Below, piece by piece: positions 43,601 to 53,936 of a DNA stretch of 64,000 nt. Below the pieces are notes generated by a model. It made no database searches. It worked only from the letters and a program-made list of their open reading frames with translations, and had not been told where the DNA came from. Each line of letters opens with the position of its first letter. Position 1 is the first letter of the stretch. A program made the translations under genes and the position numbers. This stretch comes from Trueperaceae bacterium (lineage in GTDB: Bacteria; Deinococcota; Deinococci; Deinococcales; Trueperaceae): the NCBI GenBank assembly GCA_965213925.1, contig OZ243927.1:3008001-3072000 (forward strand). Direction: 5' to 3'.

Positions 43601-44779
43601 ATGATCGTTCCCAAAACGGTTCGCGCGCTAGGCGAAGACGACTTGGAGCAGATGTTCGCGGTGCGTGAGGTGGCGTTTTTAGAGCCCGCAGACCTCAGTG
43701 ACCCCAAAACGCTACAACGTTACAAAGACCGGCTCCCTTACACCAGGGGCTACTTCGACGAAAGCACGCTCACAAGCGTCTATACCCTCTTTCCCTTCGA
43801 GATGTACCTGGCAGGTCGGCGCGTGAAGATGGGCGGTCTGGCGGGCGTGGCGAGTAAGCCCGAATATCGGCGGCGCGGTCACATCGCGACGTTGTTAGGG
43901 GACGCCTTGGAGCAGCTCCGCGCGGCGGGCGTCGGGTGGTGCTTGGAGTACCCCTTTGACCCGCGCTTCTATGCGCGCTACGGCTGGCAGAGCGTGAAGA
44001 GCGGTGCGCTGGTTGAAGTTCCGAGTGAGACGTTATTAAGGGGGCGTGCGCCGGACGCTGTAAGGCTCGAGCGGGAAGACGCCCAACAGTTAAGACCAAT
44101 CTACAAGAGGTGGGCGCAAGGTTATAACTTCACGCTCTCGAGAGACGACGGCGCACGCCCCGACTGGGCCCGGCACGTCAGGCGACCTTGGGAGGCGCGC
44201 GACAGGTTTATCTACAAACTTGAGGACGCCTACTGCCTCCTGGACTTCCGCGAAGACGAAAAGGCACGGAGCGTGCTGAACGTTCACGACTACGCCTTCC
44301 TTTCGCCCGCCGGACGCCGCAACCTCTTCGCGTTCTTAGGCTCCTTTCACGGACAAGTCGACGTCGTTAGCTTGCACCTGCCGAGCGACGAGCCGCACCT
44401 CTTGGACTGGCAAGCGTACGTCCTCAACAATGACGAGGCGTTGCAGGCGCGGGTTGTGGACGTGAAGCTAGCGCTCGAGGCTCTCCCCTGCCCCTCCGAA
44501 ACGAGTTTCATATTGCGCGTAGAAGATGACTTCTGCGAGTGGAATAACCAGATATTTCAGGTCACGCTAGGAGAAGAGAATGAAGTGGCGCTCGCGCAGG
44601 GTGCTTCACCGGACTTCTCACTTAATGTCAGAACGCTTGCGCTCCTGCTATCGGGTAGTCTGAACGCGGAGGCGGCGCGGCGTGCCGGGCTTCTCGAGGG
44701 TAATACCAAAGTGGCGAGGGCTTTGGTGTCTCTCGCAGGCGAGCGAACCTCATTTATGCCCCTTTCAGACTATTTCTAA
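43601..44779 (+). CDS. Eis-like GNAT acetyltransferase
   Basis: GVASKPEYRRRG, YPF...FYARYGW, C-terminal SCP2-like part ending in DYF. Confidence 0.85.
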   Translation: MIVPKTVRALGEDDLEQMFAVREVAFLEPADLSDPKTLQRYKDRLPYTRGYFDESTLTSVYTLFPFEMYLAGRRVKMGGLAGVASKPEYRRRGHIATLLGDALEQLRAAGVGWCLEYPFDPRFYARYGWQSVKSGALVEVPSETLLRGRAPDAVRLEREDAQQLRPIYKRWAQGYNFTLSRDDGARPDWARHVRRPWEARDRFIYKLEDAYCLLDFREDEKARSVLNVHDYAFLSPAGRRNLFAFLGSFHGQVDVVSLHLPSDEPHLLDWQAYVLNNDEALQARVVDVKLALEALPCPSETSFILRVEDDFCEWNNQIFQVTLGEENEVALAQGASPDFSLNVRTLALLLSGSLNAEAARRAGLLEGNTKVARALVSLAGERTSFMPLSDYF

Positions 44780-44887
44780 TTTTCTGTACTTTCTCTCGGT
44801 TCAGACAGCTTCAGTCCGTATTCGAGACCCACGTGGCTTAGATTCGTAGCGAGAATCTCGGCGCAGATACTCGAATATCTAAAACTA

Positions 44888-44916
44888 TTGACGAGTTATC
44901 TAAATACCTGTACTAT
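44888..44916 (+). promoter_or_regulatory. Sigma-A promoter of a leaderless mRNA
   Basis: TTGACG-17bp-TACTAT, ATG 6 nt downstream, no SD. Confidence 0.7.
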
Positions 44917-44922
44917 CCGCTC

Positions 44923-46098
44923 ATGAAAATCTTTTCTGATAGGACCTTGCGTAAGCTTCTCTACGCCCTTCCTCTAATCTCGCTCCTCCTCTCGAGCTGC
45001 TCCTCTGCACAAGCGCCTAGCGATTTGAGTAGCCCTGAAGAGGTAGAGATTTATCTAAAAAACCAGATAAGTGAGGGAAGTCAAGACGTCGCCCTCGCCG
45101 TCTACAGCGTCAACGAAGACGGCACGCTCCGCATGGATGACGCGCTCGCGTACAACGAAGACACGCCGATGCCGCTCGCGTCGACGGTGAAAATCGTGGT
45201 GCTCGCTGCCTACGCGCAGGCGGTGGCGGAGGGGAGCTTGAACCCGGACGAAGAGGTCAGCGTGAGGGATTGGGAGGCGTACTATCTACCTTTTACGGAT
45301 GGGAACGCGCATTCGTTGGCGCTCGAGTCCTTAGGTATTGCGTCAGACGAATTCGGGTTTGCAGAGGAAGATGTGAGCGTCCGCTTAGACGACATCGCGA
45401 GCGCCATGATCGTTCAGAGCGACAACGCGGCGACGGACTACCTCATGAACCGCCTCGGCGACGGGGCATTGGTGCGCGTGATTGAGGAGAACAACTTGGC
45501 GCAGCAAGAGGTCCCGCTGAGCATCCTCGGTACGCTGCTCGCGCTCAACGAAGCCGAACGTGAGGGGCGCACCTACGCGCCCGACGAGTTCAGACTCGCG
45601 ACTGAACGTTACGAGGAGCGTTACGTTTCCGACAGCGCCTGGCGAGAGGCGCAGATAGAAGCGCCTCTCGCTTCGCTCGGCAGCTTCGACAAACAAGCTC
45701 GGGCGTTCCAAGCGTTTACCAGCGGCAGCGCCGAGGACTACGCACGCATCATGGCGGGTGTGGTGAGCGAGACCTTTATAGGTGCCGAAGCGAGCGGGGT
45801 GATGCGCAGGCATTTGGAATGGCCCATGCAGATTCCGGGCAACGAAGAGGTATTTCAGACGTTTGGAGCAAAAGGGGGCAGTTTACCGGGCATCGTTACC
45901 GAGGCGTCGTATCTGGTTCCGAAAGAGGGCGACTTCGCAGGTGAACCGCGCGTCGCCGTGCTCTTTCTCAACCGCTTGAGCGAAGCGGCTTCGGGGGGTC
46001 TCGCCGAGAGCTTCGCACAGCAAACCGTCTTACTTCAACTCGCGGTAGACCGCGCCGCTGTAGAACGCTTCGCTGATATAATGCGGCTTAGTGAGTGA
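44923..46098 (+). CDS. Class A beta-lactamase-like serine hydrolase lipoprotein
   Basis: Lipobox LSSC; STVK, SDN and KGG motifs. Confidence 0.85.
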   Translation: MKIFSDRTLRKLLYALPLISLLLSSCSSAQAPSDLSSPEEVEIYLKNQISEGSQDVALAVYSVNEDGTLRMDDALAYNEDTPMPLASTVKIVVLAAYAQAVAEGSLNPDEEVSVRDWEAYYLPFTDGNAHSLALESLGIASDEFGFAEEDVSVRLDDIASAMIVQSDNAATDYLMNRLGDGALVRVIEENNLAQQEVPLSILGTLLALNEAEREGRTYAPDEFRLATERYEERYVSDSAWREAQIEAPLASLGSFDKQARAFQAFTSGSAEDYARIMAGVVSETFIGAEASGVMRRHLEWPMQIPGNEEVFQTFGAKGGSLPGIVTEASYLVPKEGDFAGEPRVAVLFLNRLSEAASGGLAESFAQQTVLLQLAVDRAAVERFADIMRLSE

Positions 46099-46693
46099 CC
46101 CACGCGAAGATAGCAGCGTACGTGAAGATGAGGTAGGAGAGCTTAGGCGGCGTTTAGAAGAGGTCGAGAAGCGGGTGGGAAGGCTCGAGAACCCTACGCT
46201 CGCTCGAGATGCGGATGATGAGGTCGCACCCGGCGAAGTCGACCACGCGCTTCTCAACCGCTTGAGTCACCGCGACGCACCCGAATATCGCACCGAATAC
46301 GCGAAGGGCGCTATGACCTACGCCGGGGCGTACCGCTCCCCCAACGGCGACTTTGTCTGGCAGAGCGAACGCCCCGCCCCGCTCCTCTTGCGCGCCTCGG
46401 CGGACGAACTGAGCGTGACACTCGCCGCACTCGCTCACAGCGCGCGCCTCACTATCGTGCAGTACCTCTTAGAGCACGGTCCGAGCGAACGCAGCACGCT
46501 ACAAGACCTCATCGGCACCGCCTCGTCGGGGCAGCTTTATCATCACCTCAACACACTTTTAGACGTGGGCGTGATCGTGCTGCTCAGGCGCGGCGTGTAC
46601 AGCGTACCGGCGGAAAACCTCATCAAACTGCTCGCGCTGCTGAGCGCGACCTACGACCTCGCCGAGACCGCGCCTGCGGAGGGCGACTCGTGA
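46091..46693 (+). CDS. ArsR-like winged-HTH regulator
   Basis: LAALAHSARL.I...SSGQLYHHL..L. Confidence 0.8.
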   Translation: MSDPREDSSVREDEVGELRRRLEEVEKRVGRLENPTLARDADDEVAPGEVDHALLNRLSHRDAPEYRTEYAKGAMTYAGAYRSPNGDFVWQSERPAPLLLRASADELSVTLAALAHSARLTIVQYLLEHGPSERSTLQDLIGTASSGQLYHHLNTLLDVGVIVLLRRGVYSVPAENLIKLLALLSATYDLAETAPAEGDS

Positions 46694-46749
46694 GCACCCT
46701 CAGTTAATGTCAAGGTTTACAGCCTGAACTTGCGTCACACGAACATCTT

Positions 46750-47010
46750 CTAAAAAGCGTGCAAAACGACCAGTTGAATCCCGAAGCGCTTATTGAACAC
46801 CCGTGCGAAAGGGATGTGCCTGCCTGTCTTCTCAATACGGGTTAGGTCAATCTTCAAGCGCACATTTCCGCGCCTGCCCCGTCTCGGTAGCGCATAGAAC
46901 TGCGCGAACTGCCAGACGGTAAGCTCTTCCCAGAACACTTTATCCGGCGCGTGCTCACACAACAGCGGCTCGCTGTACTTGCCGAGATACCCGTGATGTT
47001 GCGTTTTTAC
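46750..47010 (-). pseudogene. Frameshifted DDE transposase relic (Deinococcus-type)
   Basis: GISASTASR in one frame, then WEEL...[30 protein letters not shown]; resemblance from memory only. Confidence 0.5.
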
Positions 47011-49534
47011 ATCTCACAACTGCCGACCAGCACATACTTCTTCAATCCTCTGCATCTTTGCAAAAGTTAAGTTAGAAATACTACTTTCGCTCATAGAGCG
47101 CTCACTGTTTTGTTATCGTTACTGCGTCTGTTGCGCTAATTTACTCGGGATAGTTTGCTCCTTGTAGCTAGCGCGGTCTCAACCGCTAACCTCTTCACGC
47201 CGTCGTCTTTATCAGCTATCTCCCTGCAAGTCGTTAGCAAAAACCATAGCTCGGGAGGGCTCATGCAACGAAGCTTGTACCGTTTCATTCCGCTTTTACT
47301 TCTCTCTTTTCTTTTTGTCTCATGTACCGAGAATTTGACCAACAATAATAGCCAACCCTCTATCGTCAATTTTGTCCCCTCGCCCGAAAGGGTGAGTCCT
47401 GGCAGTGACGTCACCCTCTCCTGGACGGTCAACAACGCGACCACCATCACGATTGATAACGGTATCGGCGACGTGACCGCAGACACGGATAACCAGGTCA
47501 CAGTCAATCCTGTTGTAGACACGACTTACATTTTGACCGCAACTAATGTCCAGGGTGACGTTACCGCCCAAACCCAAGTTGAGATGATAGGCAACACCGG
47601 CAACACGGGCGACACGGCCGACCCCACCGGCTCGTTCGGCGTGAGTGACTCGCAAAATGGACCCTTCGAAGATGATCAGCCGGGCGGCATTGATGGCCCG
47701 AACGATAGCCGCATTGTCACAGTTGCGCCGGGCGGCACATTCTACGCGCAAGTCGCTTATAGCGACCCGAGCGGCATTAGCAATATTGACATCAACTTAG
47801 TGAACAGTGCCCCTCCAGGTCTCAAAGGAGAACTCGATCCGACGCAAGGACCTTTCACGTTAGGTAACGCGGTAGGCGGTTGTGACCTCTCAAGTAACCC
47901 CATAAGCGTAACCTGCGTCTACCCCATCAACGTCGCTGCTAACGCTCAAAGCATCACCGAGTTAGCCGACAGCGGCAGCGAGTTCGCCTACGTCTTCCGC
48001 ACGCAAGTCACCGATACCGCCGGAAACATCTCGGACGAGGCGAAGCGCGGGTACGTGATTATTGAAGAAGATAGCAACAATGGTGGCAACGGCGATCAGA
48101 ACAGCGCACCCACTGTAAGCATTGCCGACGTTAGCGACTTAACTTTAGATAATGGCAGCGCGACCGCAAGTCTGAACACAACCGTGACCGACCCTGAAAG
48201 TGATATCTTTGACTACCAGTGGAGCGTATCGAATGGTGAGGCAAGCAACGTCAGCTTCACCTCGGCAACGAGTGAAGACACTGATGTTACGTTCAGCGCA
48301 GCCGGAAGCTATACGCTCGAACTTACTGCAACTGATATAAATGACGCAAACAGCACTGGCTCTGCCACAGTTGCTGTAACTGTAAAAGCTGATGGCGGCG
48401 ATGAAAACCAAAACACTGCGCCAACTGTAAATGTGGGTACAGATCAGGAAATCACCTTACCTGACGATTCTGTTGACCTTAACGGAACGGTTGATGATGA
48501 TGGATTACCTGATGGTAGTAGCGTAACCACGACGTGGAGTAAAGAGAGCGGCGCTGGTACAGTAACCTTTGGCGACGCTTCATCAGTGAGCACCACCGCA
48601 ACATTTTCTGAAGCTGACACATACGTTTTAACCTTGACTGCTACAGACGGAGACGAAACCTCTTCCGATAATGTGACTGTCGTTGTTAATCCAGCGTCCC
48701 CGGAACCCACAGTGAGTATCGCGTCCGCTTCACAGGACAATCCTGAGTTGTCGGATGGAGAAGTGACCCTCGAGCTAACTGCAACCGCTAGCAATTTTGA
48801 CAGTGACGCGCTTGCTTACACATGGAGTTCTACTTCTGACGACTCCTCTACCGATGCAACATTTGATCCTAACGGGTCTACCGAAGCTGCTAGCACTACC
48901 GCAACCTTTACTGAGGTAGGTACATACGAGGTCAAGGTAACTGCGAATAGCGATTCAGAGGCAGCCACCGTTTCCGCAAGTGTTACGGTCGAACCGGGAC
49001 CGACTGCTGACGCTGGTACGGATCAAACAGTAGAGTTGGATGATGAAGTCACGCTTGATGGGTCGGGCTCGAGCGACCCCGACGGAAACACTTTAACCTA
49101 CTCATGGGCAATCGCTAATCAACCTATGAATAGCACTGCGACACTCAGCAACGAAACGACATCGACTCCGAACCTGACACCTGACGCTCCGGGTGATTAC
49201 ACCATCGAGCTAACTATTGAAAATACCAATGGTAGTAGCGACACAGATTCTGTCACTATTACGGCACTCGATCTGACTGAGCCGACGGGTACATTTGGAG
49301 TAAGCGCAAACGCTGACGGACCTTTTCTGAGCGACGGTAGTGAAGAAGGGTCCATCACTAGCCCAGATGATCCTAGAATTATTGATGTTGCACCTGGCGG
49401 TACGTTCTACGCGCAAGTAGCTTATAGCGACCCTGGTGGTATCGCGGATATTGTGATCGTTTTAAGAAACACTAGTCCAGAAGGCCTCTTTGGCACTCTT
49501 AATCCAAATCAGCAGTTCTTTACTTGGTAGTGGT

Positions 49535-50013
49535 TCAATCCCGAATGATTTCTAAGTTATAGCGAACGAGGAAACGGTGCAAGCAGGTAAGGTGCATATG
49601 CTCGGACTTGGAGAAGGCTAAGGTCTTGCGGACGAAGCGAGCGAGGCGTTGGCGTAAGGTGTTGTTAAAACGTTCGACATGAGCGGTTAAGCCAGAGGCT
49701 TTACTGACGGCTTGGTGGTGTTCGTCTGGTAGTACGCTTTGGTAGGCGTCCCAGAAGTCGCTGTAACAGAGACCTTGCTTGTAGCTTTGAGGGATACCTT
49801 TCCAGAGTTGCTTACAAGTAGCTGCGCCGCGCCCACCTATGACGCAGGCAACGACTTGACGGGTCTGCTTACATAGCGCCACCCATACCCAACGCTTCTT
49901 CGCTTTCTTCTGCACAAACGAGTGCATCTCGTCGAGTTCTAGCTCTACATGTTGAGGCTGGTCGAACGAGACAAGGGTATCTTTTAGAGCTGGGAGTTTT
50001 CTTCGTTTTTTTT
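49535..50013 (-). CDS. insB: IS1 InsB (DDE part), reached by -1 frameshift
   Basis: The -1 frame after the A8C run reads ...ELDEMHSFV; SDFW..Y, ERFNNTLRQRLAR..RKT. Confidence 0.88.
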
Positions 50014-50262
50014 GAGCCAGCGACTCACTGTGCTACGCGCCACACCGAAGGTGCGCTCTAGTCCTCTCAAACTTGAACGCTCCTCGTAGGCACTTAGAAT
50101 CTCCTCTTTGCGCGGCTCGGTGTATCCGTTCGGGCTCGGCTCCTCGCGACTCTGCTTCTTACAGTCCTTACAGCGGTACTTCTGCTTGCCATTCGGCGCT
50201 ACGCCGTTCTTGACGATGTTCTCGCTGCCGCAGTGGTAACAGGTCAGTGTCTTCGTAACCAT
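49984..50262 (-). CDS. insA: IS1 InsA (Zn finger + HTH)
   Basis: CYHCGS..IVKNG....KQKYRCKDC; HTH; slippery A8C. Confidence 0.9.
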   Translation of the reverse strand: MVTKTLTCYHCGSENIVKNGVAPNGKQKYRCKDCKKQSREEPSPNGYTEPRKEEILSAYEERSSLRGLERTFGVARSTVSRWLKKNEENSQL

Positions 50263-50565
50263 GCTCTATTATAGCATTCGGGGTGCGACCACTACCCTTT
50301 ACTTTAGGTGATCCGGTAGGAGACTGCGACCTCTCAGGTAGTCAGACAAGTGTAACCTGTACGTATCCGATTACGGTCGCTGACGACGCCGTAAATATTG
50401 ACGAGTTAGACGGTGCTGACAGTAGAGAGTTTGCTTACATCTTCCGTGCTGAAGTGATTGATAGTAGTGGTAACGCATCTGATTTTTCGTCACGAGGTTA
50501 CGTCATGGTCGAAGCGAGTAATGGTAGCAATTGAGCATTCTTAACATCAAAGTTGTTGATATACG

Positions 50566-50865
50566 CTAACAGGAACAATACTTCGGACAGGTTTTGGGTA
50601 TATAGCTCGCGTCCAGTGCGGCTACTAGGTCTCCCTTTCTAAAGCGCTGTGCTAGACAATTCAGGTTGAACCTCTCAAAATTAAAGCTGCGTCTGAATCC
50701 TCTTCGGTAGGTCTTCTCACTAAGTGCGCTGTGTCTCGCTAAACTACTAAAATTGAGCTTGTCGCAAAGTAGCAGCGTGGTGCTAAACAATTGTCGCAGA
50801 AAATCTCGTTGCCATTTGCCGACCTCTGGTATCTTCAACAGCGCTTCGTCTATATAGCAGTTCAC
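50566..50865 (-). pseudogene. Truncated DDE transposase N-terminus (IS4/IS701-like)
   Basis: NF..LARHSALSEKTYRR.F...ALDASYIPK, then ends. Confidence 0.6.
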
Positions 50866-51064
50866 ATAAGCACTGAGCTTGAGTCACGCAAGTATCATTT
50901 CCAAACGTGCGCGCTAGACTGCGTTCCCTCTTCTCGGATTGGCTCAAACCAAATGATACTTGCTATAATTCGTAGCAAGCCATCATCTGTTTGTTTCATC
51001 GCACATTCAAACTGGCGTGATGGCTTCTTTCTTTTCAAATCTGTCCGAAGTGTTGATAGTCACG

Positions 51065-52276
51065 CTAGAGGGTGCCAACGCCTTTGGCGTCTTGGAGGCT
51101 CGCCGCTTCGAAGTGCGCCACCATCCGCGCGATAGTGGTTTCGATAGCGTACTCTTTGAACACGTGCGCTTTCCCCTTTTGCCCGGTTGTCTTCCTTAAC
51201 TCGGCGTTGCGAAGGAGGCGCTCCAGAGCGTCCGCCAAGGGCTCGGGCTCTTTCGCTGGCACGAGCAGACCCCGGCCGTCCGCGAGCAGCTCGGGCATCC
51301 CGCCGACCGAGGTCGTCACGGCGGGGACCCCGTAAGACATCGCTTCGATGATCGCCACCGAGATACCTTCATGCAAGCTGGGCATGACGATGATGTCGAC
51401 TTCGCCCGTGCGGTACTTTTCGATGAGCTTTTCGTGGGCGACTTGCCCCAGAAGTTCGACGTGCTCGCCGAGCCCCTTTTGGGCGATGAGCGCCTCCAAT
51501 TCGGCACGCTGCTCGCCGCGCCCGGCGACGCCTATCTTAAACACTAAGCCTCTGTCTTTAAGGCGTGACGCAGCTTCGATGAGGTATTTCAGTCCTTTGC
51601 GCGGGATGAGGCTCGCAGGGCAGATGATGTAGGGGCGCGCGGTCTCTCGGCGAGAGGTCGCGACCTCTTCTAGCTCGACGCCCATGCGAATCACGCTGCC
51701 TTTGCTGTCCAACTGCTCGATACCGAGCGCGTAAGCGTCGTCGAGCCCGTCTTGCGAGATGAAGCGGGTGAAGCTGCTGCTCGAGACCTTCTCGTTCAAG
51801 AGGTTGTTCTCTTCGATGTCCCAGCGGTGCGCGGTAAAGCTCCAGGGGATGCCTGTAGCCTCGCCCGCGATAAGCGCGACGGTGGCGGGCGTCGAGGCCC
51901 AGTAAGCGTGGATATGGTCCGCGCCCCACGCCCTAGCAACGTGCGCCAGCCAGAGACCTTTAGGAATGACCGAGGCATTTTTAAGGGGCGTCGTGAGTTT
52001 ACGACCTCTCAGCACCTTGACCGCCGTGCGAAGACTCCGGCGCGGCGTGTGGGTCAGCGCCGCGCCCATCCCTCTAATGATACTCCCCGAGATGAGCGGC
52101 TCGGCGCGGGTCAGCGGCAGGAGTTGCGCCGCGTCACCGTGCGTGATCTCGCCGGGAATTTGCCGAGGCGCGAGCAACACCTCGTGACCCTTGCGGACGA
52201 GTTCGTTGATTTCGGAGATCGCAAACGCTTCGGTGTGACCGAAAGGAAGATGCGCGGTGACATAGATGATTTTCAT
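51065..52276 (-). CDS. GT4 glycosyltransferase
   Basis: HIHAYW, KGLKYLIEA, EGISVAIIEAM. Confidence 0.9.
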   Translation of the reverse strand: MKIIYVTAHLPFGHTEAFAISEINELVRKGHEVLLAPRQIPGEITHGDAAQLLPLTRAEPLISGSIIRGMGAALTHTPRRSLRTAVKVLRGRKLTTPLKNASVIPKGLWLAHVARAWGADHIHAYWASTPATVALIAGEATGIPWSFTAHRWDIEENNLLNEKVSSSSFTRFISQDGLDDAYALGIEQLDSKGSVIRMGVELEEVATSRRETARPYIICPASLIPRKGLKYLIEAASRLKDRGLVFKIGVAGRGEQRAELEALIAQKGLGEHVELLGQVAHEKLIEKYRTGEVDIIVMPSLHEGISVAIIEAMSYGVPAVTTSVGGMPELLADGRGLLVPAKEPEPLADALERLLRNAELRKTTGQKGKAHVFKEYAIETTIARMVAHFEAASLQDAKGVGTL

Positions 52277-52594
52277 AGTTCAACTTTCATAGCACGTTTA
52301 GTCTCGCCGTGCGCTTTAGCACTGAGGATGCAGCGTGCTCAGTTCGGTGTAGCGCGTTCGCCACGCACAGACGCGACGCTAAGGCGTCTTATATATTCTA
52401 TATGTTGCAGCTTGCCCGACACGGGTAAGTGCGGGGCGCGAATAGCTTCAAGGTTAGTTTACCCGCTCTACACCCCATCGGGGTGTACATTTGAACGACC
52501 CGAACGAGCTTGACTAAGCAGACGTTCTGGCTCATGAGGACGTGTTTGTTACATCTGCGGAAAGTGCCGCGGTTAAATATGATAGCTTAACCGC

Positions 52595-53896
52595 ATGCGC
52601 ATCGTTTACCTCGAGCAATTTTTTCGCACCACCGCCATGATAGGTCATACGAGAGCTTACGAGATCGCCCGGCGCTTCACCGCCTGGGGACACGAAGTTC
52701 ACATGGTGACCTCGAGCTTCGGCAACACCTTGAATAGCCCCAACTACAAGAACGTGTCCGTTTTAGACGCTTACCCCAACGCCAAACCTGACGGACGCTG
52801 GTACGAGGCGGAAGAGGACGGCATCAAGGTCCACCTGCTGCCCAACCCCTACTCGAACTACATGGGCTTCGCCGAACGCATCCAGTCCTACTTTCGCTTC
52901 GCCACGGGCGCGGCGCGTAAAGCCGCCTCGCTCGACGGGGACGTTATCTTCGCGACGAGCCCCGCGCTGACGATCTCGCTGCCCGCGATGTACGCGGCTA
53001 GGCGCTCGCGCACGCCCTTCGTCTTCGAGGTGCGCGACCTGTGGCCCGAAGCGCCGATCCAGATGGGCGCGCTCACCTCCAAGCCCGCTATCTGGAGCGC
53101 GCTGGCGCTCGAGCGCCTCGCCTACAACCAAGCGTCTCACATCGTTGCCCTCTCGCCTGGCATGAAAGAGGGCGTCCTCGCTAAAGGCGTCCCTGAAAGC
53201 AAAGTCAGCGTCATCCCTAACTCGTCCGACTTGGATATTTTCAGCCCCGACGTAGACGCGGGCGACTTCAGAGAACGCTTGGGCGTCGGCGACAAGTTCA
53301 TGCTGCTCTACTTCGGCGCGATGGGCGAGGCGAACGGTCTAGGTTTCGTGTTAGACGGCGCAGCCGAACTCAAACGGCGCGGCAGAGACGACGTCGTCTG
53401 CGTTTTGCACGGCGACGGCAAAGAGCGTCCCATGCTAGAGGCGCGGCAAAAAGCTGAGGGCTTAGACAACGTCGTCTTCTCCGACCAGGACCTTCCTAAA
53501 AGCGACGTGGCGCGGCTCGTCGCCTCGGCAGACGTTGCGATGACCATCTACAAAAACGTGCCGATCCTCTACACCTGCTCGCCCAACAAGATGTTCGACT
53601 CGTTCGCCGCTGGCAAACCTGTTTTGACCAACATGCCGGGTTGGTTGCAGGGCTTGGTCGAGAACCACAACGCGGGCGTTTTCGTGGAGCCTGACAACGC
53701 GCAAGACTTTGCGGACAAAGCGGCCGAGCTAGCTGCGCACCCCGAACGCTGCGAAATGTACAGCAAGAACTCGCGCAAGCTCGCCGAGGAGATGTTCGCC
53801 CGCGACAAGCTCGTCAAGGAGTTGGAGCGCGTTTTGAGCGCCCAAGCGAAAAACCGCGACGTGTTAGCGAGCGCGCAAGCGCAAGTCAAAGAGTAG
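52595..53896 (+). CDS. GT4 glycosyltransferase (WbuB-like)
   Basis: ATSP, FEVRDLWPE, SPNKMFD. Confidence 0.9.
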   Translation: MRIVYLEQFFRTTAMIGHTRAYEIARRFTAWGHEVHMVTSSFGNTLNSPNYKNVSVLDAYPNAKPDGRWYEAEEDGIKVHLLPNPYSNYMGFAERIQSYFRFATGAARKAASLDGDVIFATSPALTISLPAMYAARRSRTPFVFEVRDLWPEAPIQMGALTSKPAIWSALALERLAYNQASHIVALSPGMKEGVLAKGVPESKVSVIPNSSDLDIFSPDVDAGDFRERLGVGDKFMLLYFGAMGEANGLGFVLDGAAELKRRGRDDVVCVLHGDGKERPMLEARQKAEGLDNVVFSDQDLPKSDVARLVASADVAMTIYKNVPILYTCSPNKMFDSFAAGKPVLTNMPGWLQGLVENHNAGVFVEPDNAQDFADKAAELAAHPERCEMYSKNSRKLAEEMFARDKLVKELERVLSAQAKNRDVLASAQAQVKE

Positions 53897-53936
53897 CGCG
53901 CACAGAGCGGCTCCTCCTTAGGTCTTTGCTCGTTGT

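Larger units (their letters stand above)
49526..50296 (-). mobile_element. IS1 family insertion sequence (771 bp)
   Basis: 22-bp TIRs GGTAGTGGT....CCCGAATG (18/22); 8-bp TSD CTTTACTT at 49518-49525 and 50297-50304. Confidence 0.95.
47263..50534 (+). pseudogene. Acidic PKD/Ig-repeat surface lipoprotein (830 aa reconstructed) interrupted by IS1
   Basis: Lipobox FVSC; PKD-like repeats; removing the IS and one TSD rejoins QFFT|LGDPVG in frame to stop 50534. Confidence 0.88.

Noticed and set aside
47130..47260. Possible structured leader or riboswitch before the PKD lipoprotein
   Set aside because: Some pairing (GGGATAGTT/AGCTATCTCCC) but no recognisable consensus
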